Below, piece by piece: positions 10,218-19,747 of a stretch of DNA of 32,930 nucleotides. This DNA comes from Deltaproteobacteria bacterium (GTDB lineage: Bacteria > Desulfobacterota > Desulfobacteria > Desulfobacterales > JAFDFH01): assembly GCA_019309945.1 (NCBI GenBank), contig JAFDFH010000004.1:1-32930 (forward strand), in the 5' to 3' direction. The notes under the pieces were generated by a model that was not told the DNA's origin, ran no database searches, and saw only the letters and a program-made list of their open reading frames with translations. A program made the translations under genes and the position numbers. How positions within the stretch are numbered: position 1 is the stretch's first letter; each line of letters starts with the position of its first letter.

Positions 10218-10715
10218 ATGGGTGTATATGATATCAGATCACCGGAGGAATGGCAGAAAATTCTGGATGATGTCTGTCAAGCATCCGGGATGCCGGCGGC
10301 CCTTGTAGACGCCAAAAGTGTAGTACTGCAAAGCAGTGGAAAGAGATGTCCGCTTTGTGCAAAAATCCGGTCAATAAATGAATCGCTGTCATTTATATGC
10401 GCTCAGACGCAACAGTTCATGGTTGAAACGTCCAGGACTTCTCGGAGGCCGGTGATTGATGCTTGTGAGGCGGGCATGTTGAAATTCTTAATACCGCTGT
10501 TCTTAGATGGAGAGTTCACAGGATCAGTTACCGTCTGCGGTTGTTCTTTTCCGGGAGAAGAAATTGAAGTCTTTGGCATTTCACAGGTCACAAAGATGAA
10601 AGAAGACGAAATTATCAGTCTCGTAAAACAGGTGCCTGAAATCGAGCAGGCAAAGGTAGATGAGATCGTAGATCGGTTGTTTCAGAAACTCAAAAGCGAG
10701 GGACACGGTCAATAG
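10218..10715 (+). CDS. Stand-alone PocR ligand-binding domain protein
   Basis: WQKILD...GM...D..G, RCPLCAKIR, IC, CEAGM...IPL...G...G with the conserved PocR cysteines; GAGG SD. Confidence 0.85.
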   Translation: MGVYDIRSPEEWQKILDDVCQASGMPAALVDAKSVVLQSSGKRCPLCAKIRSINESLSFICAQTQQFMVETSRTSRRPVIDACEAGMLKFLIPLFLDGEFTGSVTVCGCSFPGEEIEVFGISQVTKMKEDEIISLVKQVPEIEQAKVDEIVDRLFQKLKSEGHGQ

Positions 10716-10776
10716 CATTCATTTAGCGTCTCGGAAATTCATCATCTGAACAGTTTGGTACGAATTCGGGGGGGGC

Positions 10777-11883
10777 ATGAAAAGTAGGGTCTATTTTATC
10801 GATCTAAGGGCGACCTTCAAAGAGAACTTTGTCGCCAAAATGGAAAGACTTTTAAAAACGGTGGGTCTTTGCGGTGCCGTTAAAGAAAGAGAACTTGTTG
10901 CTGTGAAGCTTCATTTCGGAGAATTAGGGAACACCGCCTTTATCCGTCCTGTTTTTTTGCAAAAGATTGTTAAATCCATTAGAGACGCCGGCGGGGTTCC
11001 CTTCCTGACCGATGCCAATACGCTTTACGCCGGAACCCGAAGCGATGCGCCCAGTCATCTTGCCACAGCGATTCAAAACGGTTTTGCGTATCCCGTAGTG
11101 AATGCACCCCTTATAATTGCAGATGGTTTGAGAGGGAAGAGTGAAATATCTGTAACTATAAATCAGAAGCGTTTCAAAAAGGTCTATATCGCTTCGGAGA
11201 TCATTCATGCGGATTCGTTGATATCGGTCGCTCATTTCAAAGGCCATGAACTCTCCGGGTTTGGCGGAACCATTAAAAATCTGGGCATGGGATGTGCCTC
11301 TCGAAAGGGAAAGATGGCACAGCATTCGAGCGTCTGTCCAAAAGTGAAAAAGAAGAAATGTGTTGGCTGCGGAGATTGTATTGATCATTGCTCGCGAAAA
11401 GCATTAAAGCTGGTAGAACAAAAAGCTGAAATTAATTCCAAGAAATGTATCGGTTGTGGGGAATGTATCCTCGTATGCCCCAATAATGCCATCCAAATTC
11501 AGTGGAACCGGTCTATTCCGGAATTCCTGGAAAATATGGTTGAATACACCAAGGGGGTGCTGCAGGGTAAAAAAGAGAAGGCATTATTTTTGAATTTTAT
11601 TACCGATGTCTCTCCGGCGTGTGATTGCCTGCCCCTTAACGATGCACCCATCGTAAGAGATATTGGGGTTGTTGCTTCCAAAGATCCTATTGCGATTGAT
11701 CAGGCGTCGGTCGATCTTGTGAATCAGGAACAGGCGCTTCCAGGTTCATGCCTTACAAAAAACACGCAGCCGGGGGAAGACAAGTTTGCGGGAATGTATC
11801 CAAAAGTGGACTGGACCATCCAGCTCGATTACGGGCAACGTCTAGGGCTTGGAAGTCGCAGTTATGAGCTTGTCAAAATATAA
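10777..11883 (+). CDS. DUF362 family Fe-S protein with 2x[4Fe-4S] ferredoxin domain
   Basis: AVKLHFGE, TDANTLY, HFKGH, GGTIKNLGMGC, two CxxCxxCxxxC motifs, CDC and DPIAID. Confidence 0.92.
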   Translation: MKSRVYFIDLRATFKENFVAKMERLLKTVGLCGAVKERELVAVKLHFGELGNTAFIRPVFLQKIVKSIRDAGGVPFLTDANTLYAGTRSDAPSHLATAIQNGFAYPVVNAPLIIADGLRGKSEISVTINQKRFKKVYIASEIIHADSLISVAHFKGHELSGFGGTIKNLGMGCASRKGKMAQHSSVCPKVKKKKCVGCGDCIDHCSRKALKLVEQKAEINSKKCIGCGECILVCPNNAIQIQWNRSIPEFLENMVEYTKGVLQGKKEKALFLNFITDVSPACDCLPLNDAPIVRDIGVVASKDPIAIDQASVDLVNQEQALPGSCLTKNTQPGEDKFAGMYPKVDWTIQLDYGQRLGLGSRSYELVKI

Positions 11884-11910
11884 TCACTCGAGTTTGGAAT
11901 AAGATAAAAA

Positions 11911-12762
11911 CTATCTGAGGTGAAAAATTTCCCCGCATTGATCCTGGGTCGCTACGTTTATCTTTGTTTTGTAGTGGGCTAATGCCTCTTGAACACGATT
12001 TAAGGCTTTGTGAGGGGTATTGTTCGTTTCGCTTAGGTGGGCTAAAATAACGTATAACAGCCGATCGTGTTTCAATTCATATAAAAGGTTTTTTGAATCC
12101 TCATTGGAAAGATGACCGGTTCGGCTCTTAATACGTTGTTTTAAAGGCCATGGATAAGGTCCTTCCATAAGCATGGTTACATCGTGATTTGCTTCCAGAA
12201 TTAATAAATCGCATGCTTTAAGATGCTCTTTAACAACGCTTGTTGCAACTCCAAGATCGGTTGCAATTCCAATCTTGGACCCGTTTTGCTTAACCGTAAA
12301 ACCGGCCGGATCTTTTGCATCATGGGAAATGGGAAAGGGATGCACGGTTAATGTATTGATCATGAAGGTTGCACCGCACTCGAAAGTTATTAGGTCGAGA
12401 ATATTTCCTAATTGGGCTTGGCCGGCCTTTTTTGTTTTGTGGCTAATATAAACCGGGAGATTATAACGACGGGATAGAACACCGACGCCCTGGATATGAT
12501 CCGTATGCTCATGGGATACAAGAATGGCATCAAGATTTTCAGGGCATAATCCTTTTGATTTTAACCGGCGTTCGATTTCGATTCCGGACAGCCCCGCGTC
12601 AACAAGTATGGAGGTACAGCCGTCGGAAATGAAAATTGTATTTCCCTTGCTGCCGCTTGCCAGTATGCAAACGGCAAGGTTATAGTCGGGTTTCGCATTA
12701 CAACCCCGTGTGACCGAATCCCCCGGTATTACGTTCTGTTTCATCAAGGTGTTCCACGACAT
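11911..12762 (-). CDS. MBL-fold metallo-hydrolase (YycJ/WalJ-like); start uncertain, overlaps the dut 3' end
   Basis: LASGSKGN, VDAG, SHEHTDH, SHDA, ATDLG, EANHD, GHLSN and AHLSETNN motifs. Confidence 0.9.
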   Translation of the reverse strand: MSWNTLMKQNVIPGDSVTRGCNAKPDYNLAVCILASGSKGNTIFISDGCTSILVDAGLSGIEIERRLKSKGLCPENLDAILVSHEHTDHIQGVGVLSRRYNLPVYISHKTKKAGQAQLGNILDLITFECGATFMINTLTVHPFPISHDAKDPAGFTVKQNGSKIGIATDLGVATSVVKEHLKACDLLILEANHDVTMLMEGPYPWPLKQRIKSRTGHLSNEDSKNLLYELKHDRLLYVILAHLSETNNTPHKALNRVQEALAHYKTKINVATQDQCGEIFHLR

Positions 12763-13159
12763 TTAATCTGGCCTGATAAACCCGTTGAATAATCATCTGG
12801 GCGATTCTATCACCACGGCGAATCGTATATCTGTTTTTACCCAGGTTGATGACCGCAATCATTATTTCACCACGATAGTCCGAATCAATCGTGCCCGGTG
12901 AATTGATAAGGCCAATACCATGCTTTATGGCCAAACCGCTTCTTGGACGAATTTGGGCTTCAAACCCCTCCGGAACAGCAATCGCAAAACCGCTGGGTAT
13001 CAGTGAAATTGCTCCGGGTTCAAGAATAGCCTCTTTTTCAACTGCAGCACATATGTCCATACCGGCAGACTGCGGTGTCATATAACGGGGCAACGGAATA
13101 TCCGCGTTTAAATCCGGTTTTAAGCGAAGAAATTGAATGGTAGGGGGTTGATCCTTCAT
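12698..13159 (-). CDS. dut: dUTP diphosphatase
   Basis: SAGMD, RPRSG, GTIDSDYRGE, DRIAQ and GGFGHTG motifs. Confidence 0.97.
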   Translation of the reverse strand: MKDQPPTIQFLRLKPDLNADIPLPRYMTPQSAGMDICAAVEKEAILEPGAISLIPSGFAIAVPEGFEAQIRPRSGLAIKHGIGLINSPGTIDSDYRGEIMIAVINLGKNRYTIRRGDRIAQMIIQRVYQARLNVVEHLDETERNTGGFGHTGL

Positions 13160-14418
13160 GCGATGATGTCTTCGAATGATTTTTTATCTGTAAGCGGCCC
13201 CAGCAGGGTAAGTGCAAGCCCATTTCTTTGAAAAAGATGTTCGGCCAGGTCGAGAATCTCTTCTTCTGTAACCGACTCGATTTTATCCACAATTTCATTC
13301 AAGGGTATGTTATAGCCAAGATGGATCTCATTTTGCGCAAGTCGAAACATCTGGTTGTCGACACTTTCTGATGCAAGTAGAAGGCCTCCCTTTGTAAATT
13401 CTTTGGCATGACGCAGCTCGTCTGGCTCAACTGGTTTTTTCTTTAGTTTGAGCATTTCCTTTAAAATCAAGTTGATGGCGTTTTGTGCACGTTTAGGATC
13501 GACGCCTACATAGGCCCCGAACATACCGGTGTCGACATAAGATGATATAAATGAATAGACCGCATAGGCAAGACCCCGTCGCTCCCGTATCTCCTGAAAG
13601 AGTCTTGAACTCATATTGCCCCCCAGGATTGTATTCAGGAGCGAAAAGGCATAGCGCCGGGGATCGGTTATGGACAGGCCTTTTGTTCCTAAACAAACAT
13701 GAACCTGTTCAAGTTCTCTGGTGTGCAGTTCAACCCCTGAGCACCCTGTGGGGGTTACCCGTTGAGGAAGTGCGTCACCGATCTGAATGGATTCAAAGGC
13801 CGGGCCAACCCGGTCAACAAAGCGATCATGGGTTAAATTCCCCGCAGCCGAAATGACAATACAATCCGGCTTATAATACTGGTGAAAAAAAGTCTTTAAT
13901 ACTTTAGCATCGAAACTGATAATGTTTTCACGGGTGCCGAGAATGGATTGTCCCAAACCGTTATCACCCCAATAGGCATTTCCTGAAAGTATGTGAACGT
14001 ATTCCTCAGGGCTGTCCTCGACCATTCCGATTTCCTGGAATATAACCGGCCGCTCTTTTTCGACCTCCTCGGCATCAAATACGGAGTTTAAAAATATGTC
14101 AGAGAGAATATCGACCATGGTTTCCAGATGAGCGTCCATTACCCTGGCATGGTAGCAGGTCGTTTCCATGGTCGTAAAGGCGTTTGTTTGGCCCCCGATC
14201 GCATCAAATTCTTTGGCAATTTGAAATGCTGTTCGTTTCCGGGTTCCTTTGAAAATCATGTGTTCAATAAAGTGGGAGAGCCCGCTTTCCGATACGGCTT
14301 CATCTCTGGCCCCCACATTTACCCATACTCCCATGGACACGCTGCGAACATGCGCCATCGCTTTGGTAAGAATTCTGACACCGTTTTTAAGGATGGTCTT
14401 ATTTACCATTGTTGTCAT
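13156..14418 (-). CDS. M16 family (pitrilysin-like) zinc peptidase
   Basis: HFIEH (HxxEH), NAFT, SSRLFQEIRERRGLAY; usual position between pnp and dut. Confidence 0.95.
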   Translation of the reverse strand: MTTMVNKTILKNGVRILTKAMAHVRSVSMGVWVNVGARDEAVSESGLSHFIEHMIFKGTRKRTAFQIAKEFDAIGGQTNAFTTMETTCYHARVMDAHLETMVDILSDIFLNSVFDAEEVEKERPVIFQEIGMVEDSPEEYVHILSGNAYWGDNGLGQSILGTRENIISFDAKVLKTFFHQYYKPDCIVISAAGNLTHDRFVDRVGPAFESIQIGDALPQRVTPTGCSGVELHTRELEQVHVCLGTKGLSITDPRRYAFSLLNTILGGNMSSRLFQEIRERRGLAYAVYSFISSYVDTGMFGAYVGVDPKRAQNAINLILKEMLKLKKKPVEPDELRHAKEFTKGGLLLASESVDNQMFRLAQNEIHLGYNIPLNEIVDKIESVTEEEILDLAEHLFQRNGLALTLLGPLTDKKSFEDIIA

Positions 14419-14426
14419 CTTCCGCT

Positions 14427-16514
14427 TTAGTTTTCTTCTTCGAGGGCGTCCTTGAGGCTCAGGCGAATTTTTCCATCCCTGGTTATTTCGAGAACTTTGA
14501 CTTTGATGATATCCCCCTCCTTTACAATATCGGTCACCTTCTTGACACGGTATGGAGCAAGTTGTGAGATATGCACAAGTCCGTCTGTTCCAGGGAGTAT
14601 TTTAACAAAGGCTCCGAAATCCATAATTTTTACGACGGTCCCTTCGTAAATACGGCCAACTTCCGGTTCCAATATAATTTCATTTATCATATTTGAGGCT
14701 GCTTCCCCTTCTTCCTGGGAAAAAGCTGCAATTTTGACCAGGCCTGAATCGTCTACTTCGACGCGTGTATTTGTTTCAGCCTGAATCGTTCTGATTATTT
14801 TCCCACCCGGTCCGATAATTTCACGGATTTTATCAGGCTTTATCTGGATGGTGATTATTTTAGGAGCATAAGGAGAGATTTCTTTACGGGGTTCCCTAAG
14901 GGCTTCCAGCATCTTGTCAAGAATGAAAAGTCGTCCGACCCGGGCTTGTTCAAGGGCTTTTTCCATAATATCTTTGGAAAGTTCATGGATCTTAATGTCC
15001 ATTTGTAGAGAGGTTATACCATCTTTTGTGCCTGCTACTTTGAAGTCCATATCGCCCGTATGATCTTCATCTCCAAGAATATCAGACAGGATCACCACCT
15101 GGTCCCCTTCTTTAACCAGTCCCATTGCGATTCCGGAAACCGGGGCTTTTATGGGAACACCTCCGTCCATAAGCGCAAGACTGGCTGAACATACAGTAGC
15201 CATGGATGAAGAGCCGTTGGACTCAAAGACTTCCGAAACAATGCGAATGGTATAGTCAAACACTTCCTTGGGAGGCAGAACCTTTTCGATGGCTCTGGTC
15301 GATAGACCACCGTGGCCGATATCCCTCCGACTGGGTCCGCCGAGGCGTTTTACTTCTCCGACCGAATAGGGTGGAAAATTATAGTGGAGCATAAAAGGCC
15401 TGAATTCTTCTCCGAGTAACGTTTCCACGCGCTGTTCATCCGGGCCCGAACCAAGGGTGAGGACACCCAGCACCTGGGTTTCTCCGCGGGTAAAGAGAGC
15501 ACTGCCGTGGGGTCGTGGAAGTATTCCGGTTTTACAGGTAATCGACCGTATTTCATCAAATTTTCTTCCATCAATACGGCGTCCTTCCTTCAGGACAAGT
15601 TCGCGCGCGATGCTTTTTTGTAAATCATGAAATATTTCTGATATTTCTTTCTCGCAATGGGCGTAATCATTTTTAAGCGTTTCAAATAGCTCTGATTGGA
15701 CCGCACCAATCGCTTGGTTACGTTGTATTTTCCCGGGGACGAGGATGGCTTCCCGCAGGGACGAAGCGGCTTTCGTGTCAATCTTGCGGACCAGTTCCTC
15801 GTCCTTTATAGGTGGCAAATAAAACCGTTTGGTTACCCCGGCAGACTCCTTGAGTTTTAGTTGGATATCAATAATCGGCTGCATTTCCTGATGACCGAAA
15901 AAAATGGCTTCAAGCATATCAGCTTCACTGACCATGTTGCCGCCACCTTCCACCATAACCACCCCGGTTTTTGAACCGGCGATAATGAGGTTGATATCGC
16001 TTTCTGCTAGTTCCGGGATCGCCGGATTTATTATAAATTGACCGTTTATACGTCCGACCCGAATACATGCAATGGGTCCTGCGAACGGAATGTTTGATAT
16101 TTCAAGTGCAGCAGACGCACCGATCATCGCAAGGATATCCGGTTCAGTTTCAGGGTCCATGGACAGAACCGTTGCAATCACCTGAGTTTCATAACGATAC
16201 CCTTTGGGAAAGAGCGGCCGAATGGGGCGGTCGATCAGACGGGCGGTTAATGTTTCCTTTTCACTGGGTCTTCCGATTTCACGCCTGAAATAGTTTCCCG
16301 GTATCCGTCCGGCGGCATAAATTTTTTCCTGATATTCAACTGTAAGCGGTAAAAAATCAATTTCAGCCCTTAACTCATTAGAAGACACAACCGCAACCAA
16401 TACGATTGTATCTCCATACTGGACCACTACTGAACCCGATGCTTGTTTGGCAATCGTCCCGGTCTGAATGCTCAGGATCTTACCACCGAGTTCTGTGTTA
16501 AATGAATTTTCCAT
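14427..16514 (-). CDS. pnp: Polyribonucleotide nucleotidyltransferase
   Basis: [36 protein letters not shown] and S1 domains. Confidence 0.99.
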   Translation of the reverse strand: MENSFNTELGGKILSIQTGTIAKQASGSVVVQYGDTIVLVAVVSSNELRAEIDFLPLTVEYQEKIYAAGRIPGNYFRREIGRPSEKETLTARLIDRPIRPLFPKGYRYETQVIATVLSMDPETEPDILAMIGASAALEISNIPFAGPIACIRVGRINGQFIINPAIPELAESDINLIIAGSKTGVVMVEGGGNMVSEADMLEAIFFGHQEMQPIIDIQLKLKESAGVTKRFYLPPIKDEELVRKIDTKAASSLREAILVPGKIQRNQAIGAVQSELFETLKNDYAHCEKEISEIFHDLQKSIARELVLKEGRRIDGRKFDEIRSITCKTGILPRPHGSALFTRGETQVLGVLTLGSGPDEQRVETLLGEEFRPFMLHYNFPPYSVGEVKRLGGPSRRDIGHGGLSTRAIEKVLPPKEVFDYTIRIVSEVFESNGSSSMATVCSASLALMDGGVPIKAPVSGIAMGLVKEGDQVVILSDILGDEDHTGDMDFKVAGTKDGITSLQMDIKIHELSKDIMEKALEQARVGRLFILDKMLEALREPRKEISPYAPKIITIQIKPDKIREIIGPGGKIIRTIQAETNTRVEVDDSGLVKIAAFSQEEGEAASNMINEIILEPEVGRIYEGTVVKIMDFGAFVKILPGTDGLVHISQLAPYRVKKVTDIVKEGDIIKVKVLEITRDGKIRLSLKDALEEEN

Positions 16515-16583
16515 TTTTATCTCCTAAACCGGACGAGCCGGAACCAAAAAAGTTTGGTTTTTTTAAATTTTTTCACAATTATT

Positions 16584-16661
16584 ATCACGAAAGCACAATA
16601 ATCAGAAAATACGAAAAATTCTTTTTACTTTTTTGCTTTAGCACTTGCGTGTTTTCGTGAT
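16584..16661. repeat. Imperfect inverted repeat in the rpsO-pnp intergenic region
   Basis: ATCACGAAAGCAC (16584-16596) pairs with GTGTTTTCGTGAT (16649-16661), with further A-rich/T-rich pairing inside. Confidence 0.55.
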
Positions 16662-16800
16662 TGATTTTTATTTTTACCACAAAAACCACAAATTCTATTT
16701 AAAAGGTACTAAAGCAAAATGAGGTCATGCCAACGTCACAATGCTCTGTGAAAATGTGTTGTCCCTTCCGCCAAGATGCGGTGGGAAGCACTTTCGAGGT

Positions 16801-17070
16801 CTATCTTCGCAACCCCAGGGTTCCAATGATGGTTCGGTATCTTTTTATGTCTTTGTTTTTTACGTAAGTTAGAAGTCGGCGTCGGCGACCGACCAATATC
16901 AACAAACCTCTTCTGGAGTGATGATCTTTTTTATGGACCTTCAGGTGTTCGGTAAGATAGGTAATCCGATGAGTCAGAAGCCCAATCTGAACCTCTGGAG
17001 AACCTGTATCCTTCTCATGGAGTTTAAATCGAGCAATGAGATTTTTTTTATCTTCTGCTGTCATAACCAC
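16801..17070 (-). CDS. rpsO: 30S ribosomal protein S15
   Basis: [21 protein letters not shown]; GTG start with AGGAGG SD. Confidence 0.99.
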   Translation of the reverse strand: MVMTAEDKKNLIARFKLHEKDTGSPEVQIGLLTHRITYLTEHLKVHKKDHHSRRGLLILVGRRRRLLTYVKNKDIKRYRTIIGTLGLRR

Positions 17071-17144
17071 TTTCTTTATACCTCCTATTAAAATGAAATT
17101 CGTTGTAATTCGTTTAATGAATTTCCGATGTTGAATGTATCGCC

Positions 17145-18059
17145 TTATTCGACAAAACTTACAATATATTTATATTTATGACTTTCTTTTAGCGACTGGA
17201 TTACGGCAATTAGATTTCTGTTCTTATCAACGATTTTAATATAGCGTTCAGCGTTATCTGTTTGGCGCGATCGGATGTCATTTTTAGTTATGGTATTGCC
17301 CTGCTTTATTTTTTCAGTTAACCCTTTATCGGCAAGGTGTTGAGGCAAGTCCGGTAAGGCGTTTGTCATACTTATCAATCGATCCGTCACTCTTCCGGTC
17401 AAGGACAGTTTTTCCAGTTCAGACAAGGTAAGGGCCTCCTTGAGGGTAAACCCACTGCTTGCAGTTCTTCTCAATTCTTTGAGGTGACCTCCACAACCCA
17501 GAGATTTTCCGATGTCTGCGCAAAGGGTCCGGATATATGTACCTGCTGAACAAAACGTTTCAAAACGTATGAACGGCAGACGGATTTCGAGTATTTTAAT
17601 ATATGAAATAAAAACAGGCCTGGCCGGTTTCTGCACAGGTTTGCCGCTTCGCGCCAGTTTGTAAAGGGCAACGCCTTTATGCTTTAATGCGGAATAAAGC
17701 GGTGGAAACTGTTCAATTGTTCCTTCAAACTGTTGAATTACGGATTGTATCTTTTTTTCAGAACAGTCAATCCGGTCGCTTGTAGAAATAATACTTCCGG
17801 TTGAATCTTGCGTGTCGGTTTCAATTCCCAAATGAAGAACAGCCGTATATTTTTTCCAGCCGTGAAGAAAAAACCTGGCAAGCTTCGTGGCTTTGTTAAT
17901 ACAGCAGATCAAGACACCGGTTGCAAATGGATCAAGCGTGCCGGTGTGTCCAACCTTTCTGGCACCCAGCAATTTTTTGATAACGGCCACCACCCTGGCC
18001 GATGTAATATCTGCAGGTTTATCAACAACAATAATTCCACTGGATTCATTTGCACCCAT
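17145..18059 (-). CDS. truB: tRNA pseudouridine(55) synthase
   Basis: [31 protein letters not shown] and LRR motifs. Confidence 0.98.
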   Translation of the reverse strand: MGANESSGIIVVDKPADITSARVVAVIKKLLGARKVGHTGTLDPFATGVLICCINKATKLARFFLHGWKKYTAVLHLGIETDTQDSTGSIISTSDRIDCSEKKIQSVIQQFEGTIEQFPPLYSALKHKGVALYKLARSGKPVQKPARPVFISYIKILEIRLPFIRFETFCSAGTYIRTLCADIGKSLGCGGHLKELRRTASSGFTLKEALTLSELEKLSLTGRVTDRLISMTNALPDLPQHLADKGLTEKIKQGNTITKNDIRSRQTDNAERYIKIVDKNRNLIAVIQSLKESHKYKYIVSFVE

Positions 18060-18086
18060 AGGGATTCTTTCACCTACCAGCCAGGA

Positions 18087-19061
18087 TTAAAGTTTTTCGG
18101 ACAGGTCAAACATTTTTAATTTTAAATCAGACAGCGCTGATTCAATACTAAATCCCGCAGCATTTGGATGCCCCCCGCCACCAAAAGCGGAGGCGATTTC
18201 AGCGACATCAATTGTGCCGTCGGACCGGAGGCTGACGTGAAACAGGTTCGGATTTGCTGATTTTTCCGTGCCGTTCGGGTCCTGCTGTATAAGGACGGCC
18301 ACTTTAACATCTTCGATCCGTCTGGCATAATTGATCATTCCATCAACATCTTCAGCCTGGGTACCTGTTTTTTTAAACATTTTCCGGGTAAGCGTCATCA
18401 TGGAGAGTTTACTATTTTTTGAAATTTCGATTGAGTCTAAGGCCAGATTGAGAAGCTTTATTCGACCCAGAGAATAGGTTCCGTATACGTGTTTCGCAAT
18501 ATCGTAGGGATTAACTCCCAGCCTGATCATTTCTTCACAGATTGTAAAAGCAGCCTGGTTTGTATTTGAAAAACGAAAGGATCCCGTATCCGTTAAAATA
18601 CCGGTGTAAATTAATGTTGCGATATCCCGGTTAAGAGGGATAGCCATCTTCTTAATGAGACGATATAAGATTTCGGCGGTGGAACTTGCAGTTGTTTCTA
18701 TAAGTTGATAGTCTCCAAAAGAGGTATTTGTAATATGGTGGTCGATATTGATGATGGTCGGTATCTGGCGTACCCTCGAAACCGCTTGTCCAATCCTTTC
18801 CAATTCACTGCAGTCAAGAATGATGGCGGTGTCATAGCGATCTGCCGTTTGGACGCGTCCCACAACCCGATCAACCGATGGCAGAAAACGATACATCGCC
18901 GGCAAGGGGCTTTCATTGTATAGTGTAATTCGCTTGTTTAGTGCTTCAAGCGAAAGCCCCATGGCAATTAGAGATCCTATTGCATCGCCATCCGGATTGG
19001 TGTGGGTTGCAAGCAACAAATGATTGCTATTTTTCAAATGGCGTATGATTCGGTTCATCAT
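18087..19061 (-). CDS. nrnA: DHH/DHHA1 bifunctional oligoribonuclease / PAP phosphatase (NrnA-like)
   Basis: HTNPDGDAIGS, IDHH, DTGSF, SLRS and GGGGH motifs; typical position after rbfA. Confidence 0.9.
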   Translation of the reverse strand: MMNRIIRHLKNSNHLLLATHTNPDGDAIGSLIAMGLSLEALNKRITLYNESPLPAMYRFLPSVDRVVGRVQTADRYDTAIILDCSELERIGQAVSRVRQIPTIINIDHHITNTSFGDYQLIETTASSTAEILYRLIKKMAIPLNRDIATLIYTGILTDTGSFRFSNTNQAAFTICEEMIRLGVNPYDIAKHVYGTYSLGRIKLLNLALDSIEISKNSKLSMMTLTRKMFKKTGTQAEDVDGMINYARRIEDVKVAVLIQQDPNGTEKSANPNLFHVSLRSDGTIDVAEIASAFGGGGHPNAAGFSIESALSDLKLKMFDLSEKL

Positions 19062-19404
19062 TTGTTTTTACAGACTTCAGCATTTTATCCATGTGGGATC
19101 CGTAATCAAAAGATTCGTCATAAAAAAATCGGAGGTCGGGCATATATCGTAAACCGAGCCGACGGGCCAGGATGCGTTTAACATAGCCAAGGGCATGATT
19201 ATATCCTTCAATGGCCGCTTCTTTCCTTGCCTGGTCCCCAGAGGTTGTAAAGTATATCCGCGCCAGTTTTAAATCCGGTGACATCCTTACACCCGTGATC
19301 GTTGTTCCTTCAAGGCGAGGATCCTTTATCCTTCGATGCAGAATGTCGGACAGGGCTTTTTGTATGAGGCCCCCCACTCTATCAGCACGTGTAAAGGGCT
19401 TCAT
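19027..19404 (-). CDS. rbfA: Ribosome-binding factor A
   Basis: RADRV, IKDPRL, SPDLKLARIY, RYMPDLRFFYD. Confidence 0.97.
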   Translation of the reverse strand: MKPFTRADRVGGLIQKALSDILHRRIKDPRLEGTTITGVRMSPDLKLARIYFTTSGDQARKEAAIEGYNHALGYVKRILARRLGLRYMPDLRFFYDESFDYGSHMDKMLKSVKTNDEPNHTPFEK

Positions 19405-19688
19405 AAATTGAAGATCTCCATTTCAATATCGACAATCTCGGCTAAGCCGAGCTTTTCGGCCAAATTAAAAACCTTGTCCACCTTCGAGTTTATGACGGGC
19501 CGGTTGTTGCCCACCAATGCAAACCCTATCTCTGCCTTTTGATGCATGTCATTCGATCCAACCTCTGCCACGGAAGCATTGAAAGCATTGCGTATCTGGC
19601 TGATGATCGATTTGACAACTTTTCTTTTTCCCTTTAGGCTGTGACAGTCATGCAGTCTGAGTGTGATAATTCCGAGCCCGACAACCAT
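19401..19688 (-). CDS. DUF503 (YlxP-like) protein
   Basis: SLKGKRKVV, FNASVAEV motifs; conserved position between infB and rbfA. Confidence 0.92.
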   Translation of the reverse strand: MVVGLGIITLRLHDCHSLKGKRKVVKSIISQIRNAFNASVAEVGSNDMHQKAEIGFALVGNNRPVINSKVDKVFNLAEKLGLAEIVDIEMEIFNL

Positions 19689-19747
19689 AATCGCTCCGTG
19701 CAGGTCGTTTGTTCCGAGTCAAATAACGGACAACCAAAAACATATTA

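Noticed and set aside
17095-17125. Possible S15-binding leader hairpin GAAATTC...GAATTTC upstream of rpsO
   Set aside because: Short AT-rich stem that could arise by chance; unsupported without an alignment.
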